The notes beneath the pieces were generated by a model that was given only the letters and a program-made list of their open reading frames with translations, did no database searches and was not told the origin of the DNA. A stretch of 61,908 bases of DNA, filler included, from Dimargaris cristalligena (taxonomy: Eukaryota): assembly GCA_003614675.1 (NCBI GenBank). It is 29 parts of 29 records of this genome, joined end to end, with 100 filler letters (N's around TTAATTAATTAA, not from the genome) between each part and the next. Parts side by side here need not be neighbours in the genome. Positions count along the whole stretch, not along the records: positions 23,693 to 25,741 come from ML004398.1; positions 25,842 to 27,882 come from ML004399.1; positions 27,983 to 30,018 come from ML004400.1; positions 30,119 to 32,150 come from ML004401.1; positions 32,251 to 34,282 come from ML004402.1; positions 34,383 to 36,412 come from ML004403.1; positions 36,513 to 38,539 come from ML004404.1; 22 more parts are not named here. The stretch is one strand, 5' to 3'. This document shows positions 23,693 through 37,276 of this stretch, piece after piece; the first letter of the stretch is position 1; every line of letters begins with the position of its first letter. A program made the translations under genes and the position numbers.

Positions 23693-25741
23693 TTGACCAC
23701 TTCATATCACTACTTTTATACTATTGACAATCCTTTATGAGTGGGGCTTAGGAATAACTAGCCTCTGGTGGATTCCTTCTTGGAATTATACTATACAACT
23801 ACTTAGCATGAACTCTTTTTATTAGTTTTATCAATATCCGACATGAAGGAGGACTGGGAAGACTGCATCTTCCAACCTTCCAATTTCTACATTTTACTTC
23901 CATTTAACATATTCATGACCATAGTTTAGCCAGTAGGTCAATTTTTTTCCTATTACAGGTTTTTTATGACCTACAATTATTGCAGTTTTATTCTTAGCTA
24001 TAGTTATTTAGTCTGGTCAATTTCTTATATATAGCTTAGCAGCACCCCCTCAGTTGAAGGGACAAGTTAGTTTCAAGATAAATAAATAAATATCTGTTTT
24101 AACTTCACCATATGATATTAACAATTAACCTTTTACCCAGTTCCATTATTGATTATTTTATTGCTACTACTCCTATTTGTTCACTTTCATTAACTTAGTT
24201 CAAAGTTGTGGTATCTCTGAGTACTGAATTGGTTATACTGTTTGATTATAACCTATTTAGGTTATTTTATTTTTCTTATCAACCGTCAATGCAAGACAAT
24301 GACATATAATGTGATGGATGACCAGAAATTCAGTGGTGACTTCCCCAAGGCCACCTTGGTCTTGACCCCCCTCAAATCCAGCAAAGTCTAACCCTCCACA
24401 CTATATGATGAAATATGGTGACCCATCCAGTGGAAAGAAACCAGAGGTTCCCCCTCCTGCTGACACTCCCAAAGACAAACCAGCAGAGCCCCTTAAATGG
24501 TTGGCAACACACTATATATCTCTAATAAAACCACTCCTTTTATCCTCTAATCTAACAGCAACACAGATACCTTTCACCAATGACTGACAACTGCATATAA
24601 TTTTTTAAAACTAAAATTTATTGGTAATATTGATATTAACCTCTAGCTGCAGATTAACTTACCCTATTAAAACCAGCCCAATTACCTTTATTGCCACCCA
24701 ATTGGGTATACATTTATTATGGGAATCATATACCAGTCTTCCTGGTTAATGTACTGCCAGGGTCAGGATGATTTTCCTTCTCTGTGAGACCAATTGGTCA
24801 TTATACTCCACCCCATGATGCCGTGCACTCTGGATACATAGTTATGCCTTTGCAGTGAACAACACTCACATGGGGATGAGGGAGCGACATTGAAGTCTTC
24901 CATAAACTACATTCAAGAAATACCCTGATGGATCTGAGGCAACTTTATCTTCCATTTACTCATATTCTTCTTTTCATTCAAGGAATGCCCTGGCAGATCC
25001 GAGGCGAATACATTTTCCATTATTTTTCCACTTATCTTTTTCTTCTAATTTTCCACAGTGTTCAAACTTGAAGACCCAACCAGTTTTTCCCTTTGTGGTT
25101 TTATGGTTGTCAGTCCATCCGAGGATGATGTCCTGAAGTAGTAGTATAGTTCCAAATTCATAGTATTATTTTGCATATATATAGTCTCTCTAGTTGGCCC
25201 TTAAAATAGCAAGTTATCTTCGAGATAAGTTTTTATTATTCAGAATAAATATCTACTTTAACTTCACCCAGTATTTTACCCAGCATCAGTCAAGGACTTC
25301 AACCGGAAGTCAATTTTTTGTTTTCTTAATTTCATTATCTTATTTTTTTTAGCATGTAGCCACTGTGGCTCCTCCAGTGCCCAACTCCAATGACAGGAGT
25401 TTAGGGCTGCTACTCTTTGAACATTTTGCACCATATCCCAGTTCAACCTCTGAGCAGAGTTATGACCCAACCCGAATAGCTGAGGGATCATTTCCTGAGT
25501 TCTCCATGATTCGCCCAAGCACCTTGAGCCCTCCAAACCTGACTTCCAGTGACCCTGCCAATCCCGGGGAGAGCAATGGGTCCAACCCCAGCCTTAGCCC
25601 TGGAAGGGAGGGGCCTCAAAACACTGGCCCAACAGTTAACACTTGAAGGTCTACTCTACCCACCTTCACTACTGGTCCAAGATTCTCTTAGATCACACAG
25701 GGGTATTCTGAACTCATTTAAATGATGTTAATGAATGAGTC
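23693..25741 (+). repeat. Multicopy 2-kb segment (copy 3)
   Basis: Near-identical to 19393-21435. Many of the differences are transitions at ancestral CpG sites. Confidence 0.95.
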
Positions 25742-26306
25742 NNNNNNNNNNNNNNNNNNNNNNNNNNNNNNNNNNNNNNNNNNNNTTAATTAATTAANNN
25801 NNNNNNNNNNNNNNNNNNNNNNNNNNNNNNNNNNNNNNNNNTATTAACATAATGAGTTTTTTAAAAACGAATTATCGCTAATAGATGCCTATTCCCAATA
25901 ACTCTACCTCTCGGAAAAGATAACTCCAATACTAAGGAGTTTTCAAATAGCTTTGGATAATATAAAAAAATATAAAATGAGGAAATAACTAACTACTAGT
26001 GGACTAAAATGATGAATGACAACAAATAAATTGGGGATCCTTATGATATCGTAAGGTAATCTGGCAATCGGCCCACCTGGTCTCTAGAGCATCCCAGCAG
26101 GACCAATTAAGCACTTGCAATGGGTCGACTCTTTGCTCAGGAAATTGAACTGCGACAAACTTGATATCCTCAAACTTGGTTAATGGGGCTAGCTTTTTAG
26201 GTACAGACCGGGGATTCACTCGGGCTGTGTATAAATGAATAAAGTATTGAAATAAAATGGAGTCAGAGATAGGGTGGGGAGATACCCCCGATCCTTCACA
26301 GCATTC

Positions 26307-27832
26307 TTAAAAACGGGCTATTACCATTTTCCAATGGCGATTTAGGAATGGCTCAGGCATCAAATGGGGTGACCCTGCTGGTGGTATTGCCCACTGTCCA
26401 TGTGTTGGTAGCTCAGTGATTACTCGGGCAATCAACTGGAGGGTGGGCCACCATGGTTGGCCCTTCCATAGGGGCAGTACAATTGTCCCCCGGGCCTCTT
26501 CCTGGATTATTTTTGTGATAACTCGACCGATTATTCCAAATGGTGGGTTGAGCCAACCGTTTTCCTGTGACCAATCTTAGGTAAACGCATCAACCCAGGT
26601 AGCCTTTGGATGCTCCCTCAAGGTGCAAAACTGGGTCAATTGGGCATTCCATGGGCTGGCAAACTAATCAATTGTGTGCGGCCCATAGGACTGATCCAGT
26701 GATAGGAATAATCTCCGATCCAGCTTCCAATCTCCATGCTGATTGATCCGTGATAGGAAATCAAATTCAATATTCATAATCCCTACTAAGTGACTTGCTC
26801 CCCCAAAGATGATAATGTTGTTCTTGACCACTAGATCCCAAATCTGGCGCACTATCCAATTTAACAGAGGGCTACGAGATCCATAGCCATTTATAGCCAC
26901 TACTACACAGGTGGCATCTGTTCTCAACTGAATCTGATGGCCGCTCATCTTGTGATGATTTTCAAGCAATGTCCTTTCTACTGCTATCAGTTCCAATGTA
27001 GTAATATGGAGTGGGGCTTCAGCCTGTGTCCACATCCCATGGCCAAGGTCAGAATTGTAAGTCCACCCAAAGCCTTGACCACTGGCATCAGTGGTTAAAA
27101 TGTGGGTTCGAACTGGGGCAAACACTGGGTAGCTGAGTTGGGGTTCTAGTAGGGTCTTGTACAGGCGTTTGAGGTCCCGATAGGCGGCATTTGTGAGCTT
27201 TACAGGGGCCTCCCAACTCACTTTTGTGGTCAGACAAAGGTACACAGATCGCAGGTGCATCCGGACAGCTGGGAAAACAAGGCGGGCTGATTGGAACAGG
27301 CCTGTCAAGGAAGCCAGGGAACGGGCCTTAACCATCCTCTTTCTTTGGGCTGCTTTCCTCAATATGAGATGTACTTGAGCAGATAGTTTTTGACGAAAAT
27401 CATTGGTCAATTGGAACTGAAGATGAGGGATATCCAGGGTCAAACCTAAGCGGTCAATAGATGTTGTTGGTGACCACTGACACTTGGTTGGGTGGAGATG
27501 AAGACCTAGGGACTGGATTAATTGTTGTACTTGGAGGGATGTTGATTCCATTTCAGCAAGTGAGCCTGAGCAGAGGACCAGGTAATCATCCAGGTAAGGT
27601 AAGCAACTTAGCCCCCATGATTTGAGAGTATAAGTTATTGTCTTCATTGCTTTACAGAAGAAAAAGGGTGATAAGGTCCACCCAAAGGGAAGGGTGTTAA
27701 ATTGATAGACCTTCCCAAGTAACTGAGTTTGGAAATACTGTTGAGAATTCCAGTGGATGCCAATGGCCATATATCTATCCTTTAAATCAAAGGAGATTGT
27801 GCACTGGTCTGGCTGGATGAAGTTCCTGGTGG
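26307..27832 (-). mobile_element. DIRS-type retroelement fragment: RT - RNase H - N6-adenine methyltransferase-like domain (two in-frame stops)
   Basis: RT: FDLKD, LPFGWTLSP, YLDD. RNase H: TTDASGQGFG, HITTLELIAV, TDA, DFLSR. Reading through the stops gives GPHTID*FAS...VDAFT*DW...WLNPPF...IVLPLWKGQPWWP, the DIRS MT signature. No tyrosine recombinase is visible in this contig. Confidence 0.88.
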
Positions 27833-27882
27833 TGTGGTAAGGTGGAGTGTCCCCTTGATTGCCACAGGTATGAATTATTACA
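27833..27882 (+). mobile_element. LTR family D 5' end inserted into the DIRS RT
   Basis: TGTGGYAAGGTGGAGTGTCCCCTTGATTGCCACA, also at 32251-32396(-) and 36272-36412(+). Confidence 0.75.
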
Positions 27883-28095
27883 NNNNNNNNNNNNNNNNNN
27901 NNNNNNNNNNNNNNNNNNNNNNNNNNTTAATTAATTAANNNNNNNNNNNNNNNNNNNNNNNNNNNNNNNNNNNNNNNNNNNNCTCCCCCTTGCTGCCACC
28001 TCTTGGAACAGCAAGTCTATCATCACCTTTCCCTTTTATTATCTATCTTTTCAAATAAAGTTCAGTTTTCAAGGATTTGATTTCAGTTCTTTACA

Positions 28096-28168
28096 CCGGG
28101 GTCAGGCCAACGTCCCAGCCTCCATCTGATAAAACACTGGGAGGTGCCTGCATAAGTGCAGGTTAAAT
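28096..28168 (+). ncRNA. Structured RNA / micro-ORF unit, 3' remnant truncated by LTR-B
   Basis: Matches the reverse complement of 58428-58500. Terminal hairpin CCTGCA-TAAG-TGCAGG followed by TTAAAT. The downstream flank is homologous to ~57930-58427. Confidence 0.55.
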
Positions 28169-30118
28169 GAAGCCCGATGCTTGCATTATTGTTTCTGCTA
28201 TATTGGTATGTATATAAGAAACTGCATGTATCAGGACATGGTATCCTTTTTATATTGGGATGCCTATTTATTAAATATACCGTAATAAACCAATCTTTTT
28301 AATTAGGATAGAAATAAGTCTAGGATAATGGTCAATAATAAGGTAATCGGACTGGATTAATCTATATATATCATAATGTCACTGTGGCAATATGGATAAT
28401 GATGGGGCTATGGACGGATGCCTTTGTCTGTGTTGATGGAAATTATTGAGCTGGCTTACTGAAACGGCTACACTAAAATTTAAAATACTGGGTTAAATTG
28501 TATGTTCCAGCCAGGGTGTGGTATCTTCAAGATTTTCCCAGTCAGGGATACTATTGATTAATATCTTTCAAATAAGGTGTCCGGAACTACAAGGTCCCTA
28601 GATACCAATCCACTAATATCTCCTTTCCAACTTTTTGTTGTAAAATAACTGGCTATATATATATCTGTATATACCCCCTTTGGTGTTATTTAGATAAAGG
28701 CTTTGGCAGGCATATTTATTGTACAGTACGTGGCCCGGAGGGGCACCTCTCTATTATCTAATATAATCTGGTCATTTAACTGATATGGTTACTTTACCGA
28801 TAACCTTCACCGTCAACAAGCCTATACCGTGGAATGTACATCATACTGTCAATAGCCTTGCACCAACTGATGGTCACTGTTTTCAATTTATATCGCCTAA
28901 TTATGTCAATGAAAAATTACTTGGTGACAGCCCTTTGTCTTTTGGTATATATGGTGGATATAGTTATATTGACTATAAAAATATCCCATTAACTTTACCA
29001 TACCCATTACAATCTAAACCCTATAAAGTTAGACAAAACCCTGCCTATATTGGGTGTAGGCTATTACCAGAGATAAAACTAGTACAACTGACCATCGAGA
29101 TGCAATCACCCAAAAAAGAAAGTATGTTGTTGTTGGATTATATTCACTTTGTGTCTATTGCATCCACAGTCATGGCAGGGTCTTACTCTAGCTGCTAAAG
29201 CAACCCAACACCATTGGAGTCCACCGGCACATTTGGGACTATAGCCCCTGCCACTATGCCAGATAACCAGAGTGTCTGACAGTTACCCTTGACCCGACCA
29301 GAGACTCCTTGCTAAAAACTTCCACCATCATCATAGCCAGTTAATGACCAGCCAATGAATTCATTGTTCTTGGAAGTTTAATATAGTTTTTCCGGGCCCT
29401 CTTGATGCAATTAGATGTTAGTTATAGGTCATATAAAACTGTATTGGTGATGCAACCTAATCCTTTAGTTTACTAGCGCTCATATTGCTATTATTAAAGG
29501 TTTTATTACTAATTCCTCTGTCTAATAAATATACTCATACTATTTGCTATTCTAATAATACCAAAGGCAAAATAAAAGCATATTATTATTGGCTAGTGGA
29601 GCTTGTTCATTGTGTTCCCTTTTCCTAAAAAGAAGGAGCCATAAACATACCCATAGAGTGTAGTCTGCCCCACACACTTCAGCTACTATTAGCTCTGGTG
29701 CTTCAAATGAAGCCAGTTAATACAGCAAAGCCAGGGTCATTTCAATACTCCAACAACCTGTTTCCTTTGTAGTTTTGGTTGTCAATTTAACCAAACCGGG
29801 CAGAGAATGGTATGGCCAAGATTGCTCAGCTAACCTCAAGCACATAAATCCCCTCCTCTCCCTCTCCCTGCTTTGACCAGCCTGAACACTGAACTGCTGG
29901 GAGCCACTATCTGGATTGATTGGCATGGCCAATTATTTAGGGTCTAAAGGAGAGTCCCCTTGGCAGCCTGTTTGGTCACTGGGTTCATTTATTCCCAAAT
30001 ATTAAGAGGTGACTAATANNNNNNNNNNNNNNNNNNNNNNNNNNNNNNNNNNNNNNNNNNNNTTAATTAATTAANNNNNNNNNNNNNNNNNNNNNNNNNN
30101 NNNNNNNNNNNNNNNNNN

Positions 30119-31094
30119 GCGGAGGCGAGCGGCGGTGGTAGGGGGAAGGCCGACGGAGGGAAGTAAGAGTCGGCGGGGGGCACCATGGTGGCAGTGGTGG
30201 TGGTGGGGCTCGGCAAGCCGGAGGTGGCGAAGTCGGTGGAAGCGCGGGGCGACAGACATGGCGAAGGCAGGGTGCAGGTGGAGGGCACTTCTTCGCTGGG
30301 ATCGCGGAGGTCGCTGCTACCGGGGGCCCCGCCACTCCCAAGGGCCCCGGTGGCAGGCTTAGAAGCCAGACGCTCCACGGGAGGGGGAGGGGCGGCCACG
30401 CTCATATCGTAGTCGGAGTCGTAGTAGTCGGAGCGCATCCCGGATGCTTCGACGGCGGCAATGGGGTCCGTTTCGATGGGCTGGGGTCGGCCCTTGGGCC
30501 GCTTGTGGGGCGGGCTGTGCAGAGAATAGGTTAGGGCAGGGGGGGCGGACGCGCTTGGGGGCTCGGCCGGCTGGGGTAACTGGACGGATGTGGGAGTAGG
30601 GGTCGGAGTATTCGCGACTGGGATAGAGTGGGGAGCGGGAGTGGGGGGGGAGGCGGGTGGGCCGGGGGGGGGGAGGCCTGGCGTTTCCGCTGGGGACTGG
30701 GCAGAGGGTGGTCGCTGGTTAGGGCCAGTGTGTCAGGGTCAGCGTAGCAGCCTTCGGTCTCTTCGCAAATCACCCGTTTGTTATCAACAACAAAGTGGAA
30801 GCGGCGTAGGATGGGGGGAGTGGTGGCGTTGGCTAGGGGGTACATGTCCTGATCGACCCGCTTGGCCAGCGAAGGCTTGCGGAACGACAGGCGGGCCAGC
30901 TTCCGGGCGCCTATCCGAGGGTGGAGAAAGTAGGCCTCGGGGCCCGGGGGGGGCTGGGACGAAGACAGGGCCAGGGCGGGGTGGAGAGGTTCGGCGGAGG
31001 GAGTGGAAGGGGTCGCAGGCTTCGTATAGGTCGGGGAAGCGGTGGGCGAATGGCCCTGGCGGGGATCGGGGGTGGGCAGCAGTGGGGTGGCCAT
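30119..31094 (-). CDS. Proline-rich hypothetical protein, 3'-truncated, probable homopolymer frameshift near 30640-30675
   Basis: GC/CpG-rich ORF from ATG 31094 with a globular-looking core (DQDMYPLANATTPPILRRFHFVVD). Another frame continues past the G-runs to the contig edge. Confidence 0.55.
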
Positions 31095-32396
31095 GGCAGC
31101 AGCAGTATTAGTGGAGCGGATAGGGCAGGACAGAGATATGCTATGGTAATGGGGATAATACTAATAGAGACAATAATAATAATAGTAATAGTTAAAGCCA
31201 GGACCAGAAAGAAGGAGAAGAGGGTTTAGGGGAGTAGTAGTGCAACACAGTCTAAAAGGTAGCACCGCCGGTCAAGGGCATACAGTGACTAAGAGAGAAG
31301 GATGGAAGGAGGAGGCCCCACACATAAAAGCAGCTAGCCTTAAGCAACGAGGGGAAAAGAGGCCAGCGCGCTAGGGTTAGAGGGCCGGAAACTAAAGTAG
31401 ACCTCCTATCTAGTTAAAGAGTAGATGACACCAGGCAAGACAAAGAGATGCAATAACGGAAAGGAAAGGTAAAAGGAATGTGCATAGAAAACCTAGGAGA
31501 AAGAGGAAAATAAGGAGAGAGGGACTGACAAGCATACACTCTAACCAACCACCACCAACAACCCTCCTTATACTACCCTATACTTGCGATGCCACTATAC
31601 AAAGTGAAGCCTAGCTGTAGGAAAGGGGAAGAGTATGAAGATAAAATAATACACCATTATTCTCTCTCTCTCTTGCCTTGGACCAATCCGCACTCCCACG
31701 CCGCTTGATTGGTCAGACCCCGGTGATTCCCACCTTGGGCCTTGTGTGTGTATATCATCACCATTTCCCCCGCCTTTCCCCAGGGCCAGGGCCAGGGTCC
31801 GGAGGTTTATTTCTCGTTGCTGCTTCCTTCTGCAGGTGGTGGTGGTGGTGTCACTCAAAAAAGCGGGGTTCTCACTAACTGCATCCATCCTTCCCAAACG
31901 GTGTCTCGTACAGCTCGTTTACTAATAAGTTTTATTGACATGGCAATATATAGCCAACGAAAGGAACTCCTGACTAATAAATGGGAAGGGAAACACTCAC
32001 CCACCCTGCTGGCCCTCACACTAACTACTCCCCAATATATCCATTAGACTACATGGTAAATCGCCCGACAATCCCCGTCACCGTGCGTCCACTGATTTGC
32101 ACAAAGTCGCCGAATCGCCGGCTAACCATCATATCCGCCACTCCTTTACGNNNNNNNNNNNNNNNNNNNNNNNNNNNNNNNNNNNNNNNNNNNNTTAATT
32201 AATTAANNNNNNNNNNNNNNNNNNNNNNNNNNNNNNNNNNNNNNNNNNNNTGTAGAAAGAATGGGTTAAAAGGGAAGGGAAAAAAACTGGATATACCAGA
32301 CAAAAAAAGCCACTTCATACCTTGTATATAAATATAATAGTCAAATAGTAATAATTCGTAGCTGTGGCAATCAAGGGGACACTCCACCTTGCCACA

Positions 32397-34213
32397 GCGC
32401 CAAGTGGTCTACACTGATGGGACAATAGCCACTGCGAGGTTCGGACAAGGAGGCATTAAGGCAGCCCTAGCGGAGCGCGAGCCTCGAGCCACGAGCTCAT
32501 CAGTGACCATATCCCGTATTCCTGCACAGTGGGGAGTAGCCGAGCCTGCCCAGCGAACCCTGGTCAGACAGACGGGCACTACGAAGAAAGCGAAGGATGC
32601 CGCGGGACAGGCCACGGGCACCGCAACAGAAAACAGAGCGCACAATGGAGCGCATAAGCGACCAGCCGTGGGTCGTAGACGGGACCCGATCGTGACCCAA
32701 CCGGATGATGACAACGATGGTGGCATGGAGGACGTGGAACCTCTACCTGCGCTGTGAAACTTGGTGGACCACGCGACCGAGACCGTACGCGGGAAGAAAG
32801 CCCTGGCCAAGTTCCATCTGGTGGCCAAGATTGACGAGTATAACTCCGATGATCTAGTAATGGAGCACCTTGGCAGGAACAACTTGGGGTTGTCAGCTTG
32901 GGAGTATTTGGTGATAGTACCCCGCGCTCGCAAGTTGGTTAGACAGCATTTAGCTAAGCATCACCAGTACGTCGAGCCGAGGGAAACTGGTACGGAACCT
33001 ACTGTACATGAAGTACAAGTCGATGAGACCTCAGACTCGGAATCTGATGAGGACTGGGTCACGAACCATAGGGCAGAACGGACCTCGCGAGCCAACACTC
33101 GCATCGTTGCCAGCGTTCTGAGGTTACCAACGATGATTATCCCAGCTATGATCGGTGGAGTGCGAACGGACGTACTCATCGACACGGGATCCGAGGTGAA
33201 TCTCGTGCCCGCTCGACTAGCTAGACTCTTTCCAGCGGGAACAGTGCAGTTGCATCCCGAGATCCCCAAAGTGTTTGGGGTGGGAGAGAGTGCCGTTGAA
33301 TCCGGGAAAGCCGTGTGGGACGTACTGGTGACCACGGGAAGGATCTCGGTTCCCACCAGTTTCCTAGTTGTTGACGACAACCATCAGCAGACAATACTGG
33401 GTATGCCCTGGTTGTCCGCGGTGGACTGGGTCGTTAGCAAGACTCCAGCGGGACAGAAGCAGCTAGTGGTGACGTGGAAAGGGTCTACCGAGAGCTTCCC
33501 GATCCCCGAAGCCCCGGTCACCGACCACATCCGTAGTTCAGCTATCACTATTGACAGAGTTCACACTCGGGCTGCTAAGTTCAAGCCTGCCCACCGGAAA
33601 GTACACCCCGTAGCAGCGCCAGTGCCGGCCGAATATCAGCAAGAATATCCCATCACGGGACGAGATGTGTTCGACGACACTGACCTAGATCATACAGGAG
33701 ATCTCCGTCTCACGGCGGAGAACATGAAGACGTTAGTAGTTGGAGATGGCGAGTTAACGGCCACTGAAACCCGGTACTTCCTCAATCGACTCCGAGAGGT
33801 GGACCACGTGTTTGCGTTCAACAAAACCCATTTGGGGATGATCAAGCTGGAGTTCGCGCCGCCGGTGCGTGTGGCTTCAGTTCCACATGTACCATGGAAT
33901 TACAAACCCTTTGCGGTGCCTCAAGCCATGCACGATCAGGTGGTCGCCATGTTGAAGGATCGTCTGGAAACCGGTGTGATAGAGCCGTCAGAGGGACCGT
34001 ATGCCAGTCATTGGTTTACTCTACTCAAGAAGGACGGAGTTAGCCTACGCTTTATTCAGGATTTTCAGCCCGTAAATGTGGTGACGATACGCAATGCCGG
34101 TGTGCCACCGGTGGCCAACGAAATGGCGGAAGAGGTGTCCGGGTGCAGCCTCATCACCAAATTTGACCTATACTCCGGATACGACCAAATCCCCATTGAT
34201 CCCAGGGACCGAG
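32397..34213 (+). mobile_element. Ty3/Gypsy gag-pol fragment (protease, start of RT), bounded by LTR-D and LTR-C insertions
   Basis: VLIDTGSEVNL protease, ILGMPWL, PSEGPYASHWF, LRFIQDFQPVN, FDLYSGYDQ. One in-frame TGA at 32755-32757 joins the two ORFs. Confidence 0.88.
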
Positions 34214-34855
34214 TGTGGTGAACTTACCACATTTTTTACCTACTTTTATTTTTTATCTATTTTTCGCACTTATCGGAAGTATNNNNNNNNNNNNNNNNNN
34301 NNNNNNNNNNNNNNNNNNNNNNNNNNTTAATTAATTAANNNNNNNNNNNNNNNNNNNNNNNNNNNNNNNNNNNNNNNNNNNNAGCGGTCGGTAATCCCGG
34401 CGGTATTTGTTGATCTTGATCGTAAGGCCACCGTCCCAGGTAAGGGCGTGGCCGAACCGGGCGGTGCAGGTGTGGAATACACAATCATACATGTTGACCC
34501 CCAGGGCTGAGCACACCACCAAATTTTCAGAATAGCCCACCCCCATACAGTAGTGGGGTTTTGCATTGGGAAAATGGTTGGTGCACTGAGTAACCACCTA
34601 CCAGAACTGATCCTTCTCTTCACCACTACTCAGACCACCAATAGCATAGTCCGGTGTGTCCTGCTGGATCATTTTGGCCAGACACACCTAATGTAAATTA
34701 AGGTCAAGTCTGCCCTGGATAATAGGAAACAAATTCTGTCAATTGGGGAAGTAGTGGGCCTTGATACACCAGTCTAGCCACCAAATGGAGTGACACATAG
34801 TTTCCTCAATATGAGGACATGTTGTTAAGGATGATGTCACAGTGGTAGTATCAGG

Positions 34856-35077
34856 TGTTGGAATACTAAGGACTTAAAGGAAATAAAACTGGAAGTAAGG
34901 GAAGAAAGCAGCTAGAAGATGGTAGGTGCCTCTAAGAGGTTTGTTTTATTGAACTGTATTTTCAATAGGGTGAAATATAAGTGGCTAATATAAATAATCT
35001 CATGATAGCAGAATAAACTAACATAACTAGATAAAATAGGATAGGATAAAGAATATATAGGAACATATTCTTTAACA
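34856..35077. mobile_element. Short solo LTR family E (~220 bp, TGTTGGAA...TTTAACA)
   Basis: Homologous to 37277-37506, 53244-53426 and 13040-13098. Confidence 0.7.
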
Positions 35078-35178
35078 CTCTTATGGAGAGACTAATTGGG
35101 GATAGCTTAAACAAAATAAATGGGAAAAGGTTAACTAGGCTATATAATGATATATCTATTAGATAAAGTAAATATCAC

Positions 35179-35762
35179 TGTTGGCTCTCCTAATTTGACT
35201 TAATCTAGACTTTATGATTATCTGTCCTTATTATGACTTATAGTGCCATATTAACCCTTCTATAGTCGCCCCCAGTACTATGGGGTCATCATTCATTATA
35301 TAACCTTTCTCCTTCCAGCCCCAGTACTTTGTACTAAAATACTCAACCTGCTAATCCAAGACTCTTCTGGTTCCCATGAGAGTCTTCCAGATATGAAGCT
35401 ATCTAGTCAGATTCTTTATCTACCTATACCTTAGTCTTAGTAGTATTTCCCTTGGGACCTCCCTCTGGAGCTGTCCCCACGTATATATAACTGGGCCCCA
35501 CTGGGACCAGTTTGATCCCTTAGCTTATTATTACCCCCTAGTTTACCCCAATAAACTCTATATATGCTCATTCCCCCTTATATTAACTAGTAAGTGTGCC
35601 TACTGCATACCCCTTGCATTTATCTGCACTTATCCTTTATTGGTTAGTACTACACCCTATCCTAATACTAGTAGCCCACTTGGCCAAGTATAAGCCCCAC
35701 CTACTGTTAGAAGCCTATCCTTAGGACTCTTAATGGACTAAGAGTGGTTGACCCAGGAGACA
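35179..35762 (+). mobile_element. Solo LTR family A
   Basis: TGTTGGCTCTCC...CCCAGGAGACA with internal TATATA and AATAAA. Confidence 0.78.
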
Positions 35763-35958
35763 ATTTTATTGTAATTTAATTTAGTATAAGAATAATCCTT
35801 TAAAAAGTTGTAGAAAATAGTTTAAACATATTGAAAAATAGTAGAAAGTAGTTAAAGAAAGCTAATTTGCTGCTACTCCAATTGCTGGACATCAATTTAT
35901 ATAGTACAGTTTTTTTTTGGCTTTTCTGAGTCATTATTCATAGATTTATTATAGGTCT

Positions 35959-36271
35959 ATTGCCCCTCCTAATCTGACCTAATCTGTCCTCTAAATGATT
36001 GCTATCATAACAGGCCATATAGCGCCATATTGTACCCCCAGTCCTAATGGGGCCGGACATCATATATATCATCCCACCAGCTGGACCCCCCCGGAGTTCG
36101 CACTACTCACTCCTAGGTGATCTTAGTGTCTTCCAGTTCCCATGGAAGCCTTCACTTGTACAAGGACCACCCGGCTCTCCCTATTGTTATCTTAGTTATG
36201 TAGTTTCCCCTTGGGACCTCCCTTGGAGTAGTCCCCCATGTATATATAACCAGGCCCCCCATGGGGACTGG
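35959..36271 (+). mobile_element. LTR-A variant subfamily, truncated by LTR-D
   Basis: Similar to the reverse complement of 42895-43061 and shares the GGGACCTCCC...TATATATAACCAGG core with family A. Confidence 0.6.
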
Positions 36272-37276
36272 TGTGGCAAGGTGGAGTGTCCCCTTGATTG
36301 CCACAGGTATGAATTATTACCATTTACTTATTATATTTATATGCAAGGTATAAAGTGGCTTTTTTGTCTAGTATATCCAGTTTTTTTCCCTTCCCTTTTA
36401 ACCCATTCTTTCNNNNNNNNNNNNNNNNNNNNNNNNNNNNNNNNNNNNNNNNNNNNTTAATTAATTAANNNNNNNNNNNNNNNNNNNNNNNNNNNNNNNN
36501 NNNNNNNNNNNNCATCCGGTCAGGAGTAGGGGTGCATCACAGTCAAGAGTATAAAATATAATAATAGGAAAAACAATATAATAATGAAAATGGAGGAAAA
36601 ATGACTATACTTATTAGGGGTGTACTTCCAATAAGTGCAAAAAATGAATTAAAAATAAAAGTAAGTAAAAAATGTGGTAAGTTCACCACAACCACTCCTG
36701 TATTATGTCAGTGTGTCTACACAAGTAGGCTTCTTTAGAATACAGTGCTGGGCAGTATCTTGGCTCACACTAATCAGTAGGAAGATAGGGGGAGTGGTAT
36801 CAGTTTATAGATGCCTAAGGCTTGATAACTACCAACCAGGGGTGAGAATCTAGTAGTCTTAAGGTGATAAATTAGATAAGTACAGACTAAGGAACACATG
36901 AGGCATAATCTAGGTAGATATTTTTATGTGGAGATGCCATCGGGGGCCATCCAATGCACACAATAGTAGCTCTAGCCAATACCCACTGGTATCCATGTTT
37001 TTGTCAAGAGCTGTAATAATATTTGGATATCAATAGTGGTGGATCAGTGATAAAAATACTTTCAAGTACTGGCTGGAGGTTAATTAATGACTGGTTATGG
37101 CACTTGGTGTGGTCAAATGAAGGACAATAGGGTATATTGAGGTGTTTTATAGGTGAATGGCTGGATCAAAGGCCTGGCCATACTAGTAGAGATTAGCTTA
37201 TATGACAATAAATATTTTCACTATAAGGATTCCTTACATGCATACTTTATTCTAATAATAGTTCCCTTAGGACTAC

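Noticed and set aside
32755-32757. In-frame TGA as a programmed gag-pol readthrough (likewise TAG at 48740)
   Set aside because: More simply explained as C->T nonsense mutations in decaying copies. A single copy cannot support readthrough.
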